Shown piece by piece: positions 17,088-27,042 of a stretch of 64,000 bases of DNA; the stretch's first letter is position 1, and each line of letters starts with the position of its first letter. Source of the DNA: Minisyncoccota bacterium. Lineage in GTDB: Bacteria; Patescibacteriota; Minisyncoccia; Phycocordibacterales; UBA9973. The DNA lies in assembly GCA_035714785.1 (NCBI GenBank), contig DASTLQ010000004.1:48248-112247 (forward strand), written 5' to 3'. Made by a program: the position numbers and the translations under genes. The notes below the pieces were generated by a model that was not told where the DNA came from, did no database searches, and worked only from the letters and a program-made list of their open reading frames with translations.

Positions 17088-18098
17088 TTGTATAATACAT
17101 CTATGTCAAATCAATTCGCTGTGCTCGATTTATTCAAAAAATTATTCCACAACTTTAATTCCCGTCAGATGAAGGATGCGACTATCGCATACAAAGAACA
17201 TCTGGATCAAGGAGGAAAGATGATGCTCGCTATGGGTGGCGCTATGTCTAGTGCTCAGATGGGAGTAACTATTGCACCCATGATCAGAAATGGAAAGATT
17301 CATGCTATTTCTTGCACGGGAGCCAATCTCGAAGAATCAGTATTCAGACTAGTGGCTCATGATAGCTATAAAGATTATCCCGACTATAGATATTTTACAA
17401 AAGAGGACGATGAGAAAATATTGGAGCGCGGTGAGCGACGAGTGACCGACACTTCGATTCCAGAAGAAGAAGCATTCCGCGTAGTTGAACCTATTATTTT
17501 GAAACGCTGGAAAGATGCAGAAGCGAAAGGGGAGAGATATTTTCCTCATGAATATTTTTATCAAATACTTCTTTCAGATGAGCTTAAAGATAAATACGAA
17601 GGAAATCCTGAACACTGTTGGTTGCTGGCTGCTGCAGAAAAAAATTTGCCAATCGTAGTACCAGGCTGGGAAGATTCTACACTCGGAAATATTTTTGCGG
17701 GATACTGTAAAGCAGGGGAAGTAAGTCCGACAGTAATGAAGACAGGCGTGGAATACATGATGTATTTATACGACCAGTATAAAGAACTTTCCAAAGACGG
17801 CCCTGGTCTTGGCTTTTTCCAAATCGGTGGAGGAATTTCAGGAGATTTTCCAATCTGTGTGGTGCCTTCAATAAAATATGATCTCAAAGAAGAAGCTCGA
17901 CCCTGGGGATACTTTTGCCAGATTTCTGACAGTACTACTTCGTATGGTTCATACTCTGGTGCGACACCAAATGAAAAAATTACTTGGGACAAGCTTACAA
18001 AAGACACCCCAATGTTCGTGATTGAATCAGATGCCACCATCGTGGCCCCACTTATGTTTGAAGCTATTCTTGACCGATACACGATTTCTCAAAAATAA
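17088..18098 (+). CDS. deoxyhypusine synthase-like (DS family) protein
   Basis: ISCTGANLEESVF and the preceding AMSSAQMG...IRNGKIHAI align with the DHS NAD/spermidine-binding core (human DHS VTTAGGVEEDLIK). Confidence 0.5.
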   Translation: MYNTSMSNQFAVLDLFKKLFHNFNSRQMKDATIAYKEHLDQGGKMMLAMGGAMSSAQMGVTIAPMIRNGKIHAISCTGANLEESVFRLVAHDSYKDYPDYRYFTKEDDEKILERGERRVTDTSIPEEEAFRVVEPIILKRWKDAEAKGERYFPHEYFYQILLSDELKDKYEGNPEHCWLLAAAEKNLPIVVPGWEDSTLGNIFAGYCKAGEVSPTVMKTGVEYMMYLYDQYKELSKDGPGLGFFQIGGGISGDFPICVVPSIKYDLKEEARPWGYFCQISDSTTSYGSYSGATPNEKITWDKLTKDTPMFVIESDATIVAPLMFEAILDRYTISQK

Positions 18099-18674
18099 AT
18101 GTTTAAAGCACTTCTTGCCGCAGTTTTACTTTCACTGGTTTCAATTCCAGGATATGTGGAATGGAATGGTCCGGATCCGTATCCGGCAGTGGATTGGTCG
18201 GGTGCAGTGTCTGAATTGCGTCCGCTAGTTTTAGAATTTGAAAAAAAATGGGGCAAGCCTCTTCGCATTCGCCAAGTATATCGACCGGCCGAATACGGTG
18301 CGCATATCCGATCGGTTTGGGAATTGTGGAGATGGATGAATGGGTATTCTTACACTGAAGGATATTTGTGTGAAGATTTTGATGGACACATTGATCCGCA
18401 AAAAATCGGGAAGCTTTCATATTTTGATCGAAAATTTATTGACGGTGAAGCCAAGAAGCATGCATTTTGGAATGGTGGTACTCCGCCTGCCTGCAAGAGC
18501 GATCATGCTCTCGGAATTGCGGTAGACATCACTCCACCAACTGGCTGGGAAGAATACAAAAAATGGGTAGAGGTAGGAGCTTCCGTAGGGCTGTGTCATT
18601 ACATTGCTGGCGACGAGCCCCATTGGGCCATAGCAGAATTTTTACCGGAGGGCACAGACTGCAAGGCGTTGTAG
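18099..18674 (+). CDS. peptidase M15-like (LAS zinc D-Ala-D-Ala carboxypeptidase/endopeptidase fold) secreted protein
   Basis: Signal peptide. SDHALGIAVDI matches the SxHxxGxAxD zinc-ligand motif, with a C-terminal His (HW). Confidence 0.45.
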   Translation: MFKALLAAVLLSLVSIPGYVEWNGPDPYPAVDWSGAVSELRPLVLEFEKKWGKPLRIRQVYRPAEYGAHIRSVWELWRWMNGYSYTEGYLCEDFDGHIDPQKIGKLSYFDRKFIDGEAKKHAFWNGGTPPACKSDHALGIAVDITPPTGWEEYKKWVEVGASVGLCHYIAGDEPHWAIAEFLPEGTDCKAL

Positions 18675-18774
18675 GTCCTTTAGCGTTGTCAGATTTTAGT
18701 ATTTACAATCGTCATAATACATAGTCTTATAAAGTGCTTATTTTATTAATTATTATTAGTTTATAAAAAGATAA

Positions 18775-21309
18775 ATGAAAAAAATAATACTTGGTTTGTT
18801 TGTGTTTGGTTTGATGTTCTCTTTTGGTTTGAATAACGCGCAAGCGGTCACTTCCACTTCGCTTGATACTCTTTTGAGTAAAAATTATACAGTGGGTTCA
18901 AGAGGTGAAGATGTAAAAACAATTCAGAGCATTCTTATAGAAAAAGGTTTGCTTGCTCCTGGAAATGTCACGGGATATTATGGACCTCTTACTGCTCGCG
19001 CAGTAGCCTCATATAGAAGTCAGAGCGCTTCTACTATGCCAGTAAACGACATAGCTCCTATTCTTCCGACCGCAGCAATAAACCCGTTATCCAAAAGCTG
19101 TCACATTTCCAGTTTTACCGTGAATGGACTTACTTCTGCTACTATTGCAAACAACGTAGGAGCCTCACTTGCTTGGACAACTACAAACTGCTCTTCTCTA
19201 AGTATTTCAAATGTTTCAACTCCAACAAGATTACCACTTTCCGGAAAACTTGAATTGCTTCATCCTCAGACGGGACTTTATACACTAACCGCCAAGGGAT
19301 TAAATAATTCCACAGTTTCTAAGTCAGTATCAGTAATCCTTTCTACTCTTCCAGCAGGATGTACTTCTTCTGTGGGGTACAGTCCTCTCACTGGACTGCC
19401 ATGCTTTGTCGGACCCGTATTGCCAGCAGGATGTACTTCTACTATGGGATATAGTCCTTTGACAGGCTTGCCTTGTAATGGAGGAGTAGTAACCGGAGGA
19501 GGTCCCGTTATTAGTAGTGTCTCCGGTCCTCAATCATTGAATGTCGGTCAGCAAGGAACATGGACAGTCATAGCTTCTGATTCAAGCGGAGGAAATCTCA
19601 GCTACAGCGTAGTATGGGGTGATGAAACTTATAAACCAGCTCCACCACAACCAATGAGTCAGACAGCTACATTTACACATGTATATAGTACAGCTGGAGA
19701 ATATGTCCCTACCTTTACAGTCACCAATCAAAATGGTCAGAGTGCCGAGACGAGCTTGAGTGTGAGAGTAGGTGGAACAATTTCCAATCTTCCATCAGCA
19801 GTTATTAATGCTAACCCTTCTGTTATTCCTAAAGGGAATTCTAGTGTAATTTCTTGGACGTCTAGAAATGCGTCTACTTGCGTAGCAAATGGAGGAATAA
19901 GCGGTTGGCAGGGAACGAAGCCAACTACGGGAATATTTTTAGCTAACCAAATCAATCAGACTACAACATTTCACATTACATGTTCTAACACCAGCGGTCA
20001 GAAGGCATCAGCGTCAGTCAGAGTCATCGTAATTAATCCACCCGTCACCGTCCTTTCTCCAAAAGGAGGGGAAGCGTGGATGAAGGGAACCGCACAGACA
20101 ATAAAATGGCAGGATGATTACAATTACACTACCGACGCGATTAGGTATTATTCAATCAAACTTGTACCAGATTATTATAGCGGATGTGGCGGAAGTTCTC
20201 CGATGGTAGCCTGTCAGGCTGTGAGTTCTTTAATTGAACCATATGTTATATCCGATAACGTGGCATTAAGTTCCAATTCTTTTTCATGGATCGTAGGAAG
20301 AGTATCGAACGATCGTGTCGTGCCTGAAGGTTCATATATGGTTGAAATTTGTGAAAAGTCCACAAATAAATGTGGTTCAAGTAATTCTCATTTCAGGATT
20401 ATCGCCTCTAACGCGTTACCTCCAAATGTAACTATCGTTGCTGGACAGACTACAGTACCCTACAATGGTTCCACAACTATTCGATGGAATTCACAGAATG
20501 CTACAAGCTGTACTATGAATGGTGGTGTCACAGGTTGGACATCTCCAAAGCCAACTTCCGGGGTATTCAACACTGGCCCAATGAGAGCTTCAACTACTTT
20601 CCATATTTCTTGTACTGGAAATGGAATGACTGCTACTGGATCAGTGAGAGTAAATGTAACTAACCCTACTGGAGTTGGCCCTGTCATTAGTGGTGTTTCT
20701 GGTCCTCAATCATTGAATGTCGGTCAGCAAGGAACATGGACAGTCATAGCTTCTGATTCAAGCGGAGGAAATCTCAGCTACAGCGTAGTATGGGGTGATG
20801 AAACTTATAAACCAGCTCCATCACAAACAATGAGTCAGACTGCGACTTTCACTCATGTGTATAGTGTGGCCGGAAACTACAATCCTACCTTCACTGTTAC
20901 CAATCAAAATGGTCAGAGTGCACAGAGTAGCTTGAGCGTGAGGGTATTGGCTCCAGTCCCATCTTCTACTTCAACAATTAATGTTTCAGCAAATGCACTG
21001 AGCGCTTTTAACAACATGGCAACTACTTCTACCATTACTGGTACAGTAGAACCAAATGTCACTTCAACTCAATCTTCTGCAGTATGTAATTTTACTCAAA
21101 CTCTTAGACAGGGGATGAATAATAGCGAAGTAAAGTGTCTTCAACAAATGTTGGGACGAAAAGGCTTCAAAGTGCAAGATGCAGGTTCTGAAACCACATA
21201 TTTCGGAGAAGCCACTCTGTCTGCCCTAAAGGCTTTTCAAACTCAAAAAGGCCTTGTGGCTGATGGAATCTTTGGCGCAAAGAGCCGAGCGGTGTTGATT
21301 GGAAATTAA
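18775..21309 (+). CDS. large secreted cell-wall-associated protein with two PG_binding_1 domains and internally duplicated PKD/Ig-like repeats
   Basis: Signal peptide. N-terminal (GEDVKTIQSILIEKGLLAPGNVTGYYGPLT) and C-terminal (SEVKCLQQMLGRKGFKVQD...GIFGAKS) peptidoglycan-binding modules. Two copies of a ~85-aa unit (SGPQSLNVGQQGTWTVIASDSSGGNLSYSVVWGDETYKPAP) are identical over ~130 nt. Confidence 0.55.
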   Translation: MKKIILGLFVFGLMFSFGLNNAQAVTSTSLDTLLSKNYTVGSRGEDVKTIQSILIEKGLLAPGNVTGYYGPLTARAVASYRSQSASTMPVNDIAPILPTAAINPLSKSCHISSFTVNGLTSATIANNVGASLAWTTTNCSSLSISNVSTPTRLPLSGKLELLHPQTGLYTLTAKGLNNSTVSKSVSVILSTLPAGCTSSVGYSPLTGLPCFVGPVLPAGCTSTMGYSPLTGLPCNGGVVTGGGPVISSVSGPQSLNVGQQGTWTVIASDSSGGNLSYSVVWGDETYKPAPPQPMSQTATFTHVYSTAGEYVPTFTVTNQNGQSAETSLSVRVGGTISNLPSAVINANPSVIPKGNSSVISWTSRNASTCVANGGISGWQGTKPTTGIFLANQINQTTTFHITCSNTSGQKASASVRVIVINPPVTVLSPKGGEAWMKGTAQTIKWQDDYNYTTDAIRYYSIKLVPDYYSGCGGSSPMVACQAVSSLIEPYVISDNVALSSNSFSWIVGRVSNDRVVPEGSYMVEICEKSTNKCGSSNSHFRIIASNALPPNVTIVAGQTTVPYNGSTTIRWNSQNATSCTMNGGVTGWTSPKPTSGVFNTGPMRASTTFHISCTGNGMTATGSVRVNVTNPTGVGPVISGVSGPQSLNVGQQGTWTVIASDSSGGNLSYSVVWGDETYKPAPSQTMSQTATFTHVYSVAGNYNPTFTVTNQNGQSAQSSLSVRVLAPVPSSTSTINVSANALSAFNNMATTSTITGTVEPNVTSTQSSAVCNFTQTLRQGMNNSEVKCLQQMLGRKGFKVQDAGSETTYFGEATLSALKAFQTQKGLVADGIFGAKSRAVLIGN

Positions 21310-21323
21310 GGCTTAAATTAGGC

Positions 21324-21350
21324 TTGACTTTAGTTTTCGCTTAGTATAAT
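21324..21350 (+). promoter_or_regulatory. candidate sigma70-type promoter upstream of 16S rRNA
   Basis: TTGACT at 21324-21329, a 15-nt spacer, and TATAAT at 21345-21350. The spacer is shorter than optimal. Confidence 0.3.
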
Positions 21351-22395
21351 ATACACAAGAACGTCATCCATACGGATAGGCGTTTTTGTTTGAACTTTGA
21401 CAATATGATTGAATAAAATTGAGAACGCCGACATTTCAAGTCGGCAAGCAAGTCTCAAGAAGTTTTGTAAATAAATAATCAGAGCTAGGAACAAGAAATT
21501 AAAACACAAAAACAATACTGTTTTTTGTTTTGTTTCGTTCCACTGTCAATTTTTTAAAATGACAGCCTAACTTTTAGTTAGAGTTTGATCCTAGCTCAGG
21601 ATGAACGCTGGCGGCGTGGCTAAGGCATGCAAGTCGAACGAATCAGTCCCATGAATGGATGAAAGAAGTTTTGAGTAGCAATACAAGAGACAGATGGATT
21701 TCTGGATTGGGTTTGCTGGTTAGTGGCGAACGAGGTAGTAATACATAGGAACTTCCCCCAGAGTCGTGAATAATCCGGAGAAATCCGGACTAATACACGA
21801 TGGTCTCTTCCGCCAATTGGCGGAAGAGTAAAGTTTTAACGCTCTGGGAAAGGCCTGTGCGATATCAGCTAGTTGGTAGGGTAATGGCCTACCAAGGCTA
21901 TGACGTCTAGGGGAGCTGAGAGGCTGACCCCCACCGATGGAACTGAGACACGGTCCATACACCTACGGGTGGCTGCAGTCAAGAACCTTCCACAATGGAC
22001 GAAAGTCTGATGGAGCGACGCCGCGTGATTGATGAAGTCCCTTTGGGACGTAAAGATCTTTTATGAGGGAAGAAGTTTATTGACGGTACCTCATGAATAA
22101 GAGGCTCCTAATCTCGTGCCAGCAGGAGCGGTAATACGAGAGCCTCGAGCGTTATCCGGAATTATTGGGCGTAAAGGGTGCGTAGGTTGTTCTGTTAGTC
22201 TTTCGTTAAATCCTTGGGCTTAACCCAAGAACCGCGGAAGAAACGGCAGGACTTGAAAGTGCGAGAGGCGTACGGAACTCATGGTGTAGGGGTGAAATCC
22301 GTTGATATCATGGGGAACACCGAAGGCGAAAGCAGTACGCTGGCGCATATTTGACACTGAAGCACGAAAGCGTGGGTAGCGAATGGGATTAGATA

Positions 22396-23436
22396 ATCCC
22401 GTCACCGCATTACAATAGTGACGAAGGTGTCTCTTTTTTGTGGCGACACAAGATTGCAATCTAGCTATATCGGTGAAACTCCATACAATATGAAATTTAC
22501 TGATTTCGTATGGACAACCCCGAGGGAAGTTTGATATTTATATCAAACCCCGTAGAGACTATGAATTTGAGAAAAGATAGTAGGAGTTATTAACATTAAT
22601 AAATATGAAAATAACACCTTTGTCAAAAAATGTTCGAGACATCATTCTCGGGTCACTTTTGGGAGATGGCTCTTTGGCCATAAATCCAAAATACAAAAGT
22701 CCTCGATTTTCTTTCAGGCATTCCGTTAAACAAAAGGAATATTTCTTTTGGAAGATGGACATGTTAAAAGAAATTTCAGGTGAATCTTGTTATTGGCTTC
22801 AAGGTAGTGAAAAAAAGCCAGATGGTTGGGGAACGGCCAAATACCGTTTTCAGAGCAGGGCATTGGCTTGTTTGACTGAAATTTATAATCTAACTCATCA
22901 CAGAGTTTCAGGTACTAAAGTTCGGGTAACAAGAAAATGGCTAAATCAATTGTCTCCTTTGTCGCTTGCGATATGGTGGCAAGATGATGGATCCCTTGTA
23001 TCTGATTCCCGCCAGGGAGTGATTTGTACGGATGGTTTTTCCTTTGAAGAAGTGGAAATCATTCATCAATATTTTAGAAAAGTTTGGAATATTGAAACAA
23101 AAATTGGCCGAGTTTCAAATCAAGATAAGTGGAGGATTTGGATTCGATCTTCTGAGGAACTAAAAAAATTCCTCAGGATTATAATTCCGCATGTGTATAC
23201 AAAAAGCATGCTTTATAAAATACTCCTCATCTATAAAGACTCTCAAGTTCAAGAACGCTGGATATCTGAGTTAATTTCTTTAGGAAATTTTTCTGAAAAA
23301 GAAATTAGAGAAGTTCTAGAAAATAGAATTTCAAGAAAGCTCAGATAAAGATATAGTCCGGACTGTATGGCAACATACAGAGGTAAACAGAAATGTTTTA
23401 CCCTTCATAATTTAATTATGAAAGTAACAAAATCAA
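22396..23436 (+). mobile_element. intron (probably group I) inserted in 16S rRNA after GGGATTAGATA, carrying a homing-endonuclease ORF
   Basis: It breaks the universally conserved GGATTAGATACCCTGGTAGTCC region. The boundaries are approximate, to within a few nt. Confidence 0.7.
22605..23348 (+). CDS. double-motif LAGLIDADG homing endonuclease (intron-encoded)
   Basis: Two LAGLIDADG motifs, ILGSLLGDGSL and AIWWQDDGSL, in a 247-aa ORF lying entirely within the 16S intron. Confidence 0.85.
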   Translation: MKITPLSKNVRDIILGSLLGDGSLAINPKYKSPRFSFRHSVKQKEYFFWKMDMLKEISGESCYWLQGSEKKPDGWGTAKYRFQSRALACLTEIYNLTHHRVSGTKVRVTRKWLNQLSPLSLAIWWQDDGSLVSDSRQGVICTDGFSFEEVEIIHQYFRKVWNIETKIGRVSNQDKWRIWIRSSEELKKFLRIIIPHVYTKSMLYKILLIYKDSQVQERWISELISLGNFSEKEIREVLENRISRKLR

Positions 23437-23531
23437 CCCCAGTAGTCCACGCCCTAAACGATCTTCTCTCGGTTTTCGGAGTATCGACCCTCTGAGAGCC
23501 TTAGCTAACGCGTTAAGAGAAGCGCCTGGGA

Positions 23532-23563
<32 letters not shown>

Positions 23564-23977
23564 AGACGGGGACTTGCACAAGCAGTGGATTATGTGGTTT
23601 AATTCGATGGTAAACGAAGAACCTTACCAGGGTTAGAAATCCTATTGAAAGGTCTAGGAAACTAGATCCCTCGCAAGACTGTAGGACAGGTGATGCATGG
23701 CCGTCGTCAGTTCGTGGTTTGAATTGTACCCTTAAGTGGGCTAACGAACGCAACCCTCGTTGTGTGTTACAAGTGTCACACGAGACTGCCCCCACCAAAG
23801 CGCACGAAGCGCGAAAATTTTTTCGCAATAACTTCGCGAATTTTGGTGGGGGAGGAAGGAGAGGATGACGCCAGGTCAGCATGTCCCTTTGATACCCTGG
23901 GCTACACACATAATACAATGGCCGTTACAACGCGCAGCGACGAGGCGACTCTGAGCTAATCGTCTAAAAGTGGCCTA

Positions 23978-24014
<37 letters not shown>

Positions 24015-24412
24015 TGGAATTGCTAGTAATCGCGGGTCAGCTAAACCGCGGTGAATACGTTCTCAAGTCTTGTACTCACCGCCCGTCAATTCAAGGGAGC
24101 CGGGAGTACCCGAAGGCTCTGCGTTCGCAGGGACTACGGTAAGCTCGGTGACAGGGAATAAGTCGTAACAAGGCACGGCTAGCGGAAGCTGGTCGTGGAA
24201 TAATTCAATTTGAAAATCTTCTTTTCTGCTTTATGCGGGAAAGAATTATTGAGTCGATATTGTACAGCTCAATTGACTGTACAATGGACAATGATTTCAG
24301 TCCTAAAAGGAATCTGACATGAGGCAAAGACCCAAGTTAAGGAACGAAACAAAACAAAGGACAGTAAGAAAAAGCTCGCTAATGGCGAGCTTTTTCTGTT
24401 ATAATTTTAGAC

Positions 24413-25318
24413 ATGGAAAAGGGTGCGCATCGAAAAATCGGAATCATTCGTGGAGGGAAAAAACATTACAACGCTTCTTTGAAAGAAGGAAGCGATTTAA
24501 TCGCACATGTATTTGAACGACTTTCTCATGCATGGAAGCCGATTGATATTTTTATCGACAAAAATGGAGCATGGCATGCTAGAGGCGTGCCAGCGAGCCC
24601 AGAAAATTTTGCAGAAAAGGCAGATGTGTTTTGGGATACTACTCGAAATCATGAGCACTTATTAATAGGAAATGTACCGGTGGTGAATGCCTCAGGCGGT
24701 ATCGCTTCTTTATCAATCTCTGGGAGAAAAATGTTTGAAGAGAGTATGAAAGAGATAGGAGTGCGAATTCCTCGGCACATTCTAATTCCCGAGTATCAAC
24801 AAGACATAGATGGTCCGCTTGAAAAATTTATTTTAAAAAAATCCTCAGAAATTTTTGAAAAATTCTCTCCACCTTGGCAAGTGAGATTGTATCCAGGAAG
24901 CGCTAAAGAAGGCGCCCGACTAGTAAGGACTTTTCCCGAGCTTTCAAATGCTCTAGCGGACGGGGTGGGTTACGGCCGAAGTATTCTGATTGAAGAATAC
25001 GTTGGAGGAGAAAAAATACAACTTCACTCGGTGGCTGGTTTTCGTGGGCAGGAGACGTATGTTTTTCCTCCTACTGAAGGTCGGAAAGCGGAAAAAGAAA
25101 AAGCAGTAAATCTCGCTAAAAGTTTGCATAAATATGTGCCTGCTCCGCATTACCTTTTTGCTCAGTTTGTTTTTCACCCAAAGAGGGGAGTATATCTCGA
25201 GGAGCTTGAATTCTCACCCGATCTAGACCCACAATCTCATTTTGCAAAAGCCTGCGCTTCCGTAGGTGCCAAGATGCACCACGTCATAGAACACATCCTA
25301 GGAAAGGCCAAGGTGTAA
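24413..25318 (+). CDS. D-alanine--D-alanine ligase-family ATP-grasp protein (divergent)
   Basis: N-terminal KIGIIRGGKKHYNASLKEGSDLIAHVF resembles the Ddl N-domain. The central and C-terminal ATP-grasp region carries EEYVGGEKIQ. Confidence 0.5.
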   Translation: MEKGAHRKIGIIRGGKKHYNASLKEGSDLIAHVFERLSHAWKPIDIFIDKNGAWHARGVPASPENFAEKADVFWDTTRNHEHLLIGNVPVVNASGGIASLSISGRKMFEESMKEIGVRIPRHILIPEYQQDIDGPLEKFILKKSSEIFEKFSPPWQVRLYPGSAKEGARLVRTFPELSNALADGVGYGRSILIEEYVGGEKIQLHSVAGFRGQETYVFPPTEGRKAEKEKAVNLAKSLHKYVPAPHYLFAQFVFHPKRGVYLEELEFSPDLDPQSHFAKACASVGAKMHHVIEHILGKAKV

Positions 25319-25418
25319 GGCCAAGGGGTAAGGGGACCCCTTACCCCACCCCTTACCCCAACATGTAAGGGGTCCCCTTACATGTTATCCACAGGGGGCA
25401 AGGGGTCCCCTTACATGT
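25312..25418. repeat. composite palindromic repeat copy R5 (multi-unit)
   Basis: Reads GGTGTAAGGCCAAGGGGTAAGGGGACCCCTTACCCCACCCCTTACCCCAACATGTAAGGGGTCCCCTTACATGTTATCCACAGGGGGCAAGGGGTCCCCTTACATGTG. Confidence 0.85.
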
Positions 25419-25530
25419 GTAGTATAATAATTAAAGGTCGCTTTAAAAGGATTTAAAAAACTACAACTATCATGTCCTTCGGAGGCCACTAAGACCAAAG
25501 AGACAGCATTGCTGTCTCTTTGTAGTTTCA

Positions 25531-26712
25531 ATGCAAAAACACACATCATCCAAATCAAATTGTGCTTACTGCGGAGATGCTCCCATAAACCATGCATTTT
25601 CATATACTGGGGGTGTGATTTCAATGTTTGTTGATCCTTTTTTTGGCAAACTTTCCCGTTTGGTGCCTCAGTTTGCTGTAGACGGGGTGGATTATTTTTT
25701 AAAGTTACTTTTCCATATTCTGCGCGCTATGAGAATAATCCGACTTTCCCGGGATTCTGAAAAGGCCACCACTTTGCGATCAAAGGTAATTTGGGCTGAA
25801 GCTCTGAATAGGGGGATACATATGGAGCAGATAGTTGTCTTTGGAAAATATACGGACAACTATCGTGCAAAGGTGCAAGGCAAATATATTTATTTCGATA
25901 GCTTGCCACTGCCTCATCGCCCACTCAATGACAATGAGGAATGGGATGATAAATTTTATATGAAAAAAGTTTTTGCGGGAGAAAATATTCCGATTCCTGC
26001 ATGTCACAGTTTACCTATTTTCAAAAAAGATCGAAGAAAAATTTTTGATAAATTGCAAAAACCAGTAATAGTAAAACCTCGCAAAGGTTCTCGAGGGAGA
26101 CACACTACTACAAATATCGAAGCATGGGACGAATTTGAAAAAGCATATCAACGAGCAAAAGTATTAAGCCCGGAGGTAGTCGGTGAAGAACATTTAAAAG
26201 GATATGTTTGTCGGGCTACTTGCGTAGCAGGTAAGCTTGCTGGTTTTTATAGAGCAGAGCAAGCTAGTATCACGGGAGATGGAAAAAAATCTATCATAGA
26301 ATTAATAGATGAAAAAAATAAAAACAGACCAGAACGCGTGTCAGAAATTAAATTCACAGATGAAATAAATGAAAGCATAAAGAGACTTGGTTTTAAGAAA
26401 GAAGACGTGTTGCCCATGGGAACCAAAGTAGAGCTTTCTCACCGCACAGGCAGGTTGTTTGGCGGAATCACCAAGGAAATGCTAGACGAATTGCATCCGA
26501 GCTTTGTACCAGTACTCGAAAAAGCAGCTCAAGCTACTACCCTTTCGGTGGTTGGCATGGATTGCATTATTCCAAACCCAGAGCATCCGGAGGACTCCCA
26601 ACGCTGGGGAATCATTGAATGTAACACTCTACCTTTTATCGATCTTCACTATTACGCACTAGATGGAAAACCAAAAAATATTGCAGGCATGATTTGGGAT
26701 TTGTGGAAATAA
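25531..26712 (+). CDS. ATP-grasp ligase resembling the N-terminal ATP-grasp domain of cyanophycin synthetase (CphA-like)
   Basis: PVIVKPRKGSRGRHTT...GYVCRATCVAGKLAGFYRAEQASITGDGKKSIIELIDEKN parallels CphA (VVIKP..G.QGRGV...RVLVVGG.VVAA..R.PA.V.GDG..TI.ELI). The start codon is uncertain. Confidence 0.45.
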   Translation: MQKHTSSKSNCAYCGDAPINHAFSYTGGVISMFVDPFFGKLSRLVPQFAVDGVDYFLKLLFHILRAMRIIRLSRDSEKATTLRSKVIWAEALNRGIHMEQIVVFGKYTDNYRAKVQGKYIYFDSLPLPHRPLNDNEEWDDKFYMKKVFAGENIPIPACHSLPIFKKDRRKIFDKLQKPVIVKPRKGSRGRHTTTNIEAWDEFEKAYQRAKVLSPEVVGEEHLKGYVCRATCVAGKLAGFYRAEQASITGDGKKSIIELIDEKNKNRPERVSEIKFTDEINESIKRLGFKKEDVLPMGTKVELSHRTGRLFGGITKEMLDELHPSFVPVLEKAAQATTLSVVGMDCIIPNPEHPEDSQRWGIIECNTLPFIDLHYYALDGKPKNIAGMIWDLWK

Positions 26713-26836
26713 GGCTTCAAATATGGTAAAATGAAATAGAATTATTTTTATCTGTGACGAGTGATCGCACTCACATAGGCACATATGTTGGAGTTTCGCC
26801 ATCACTCGTCTCAAGTGAAAATAATTTAAAAAAATT

Positions 26837-26868
26837 CTGTCACCAAAATGGTGGCAGTTTTTTTATTT
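26837..26868 (+). terminator. rho-independent terminator-like hairpin + T-tract
   Basis: CTGTCACCaaaaTGGTGGCAG is followed by TTTTTTTATTTT. Confidence 0.4.
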
Positions 26869-27042
26869 TAAAATAAAAAAGTTATCCACAGTTTTGATAT
26901 AAATGTATTGTATTTGATTTCTAGATGCGAGATAATTAAGTTGTTCCTAGCAATAATTGTTTAGAAAAATTTTTTCGTAAGAAAAAATTTTTAGGTCGTG
27001 ATTATTGCAGACTAAATTAAAAATTTAATTCTAAAAAATATT

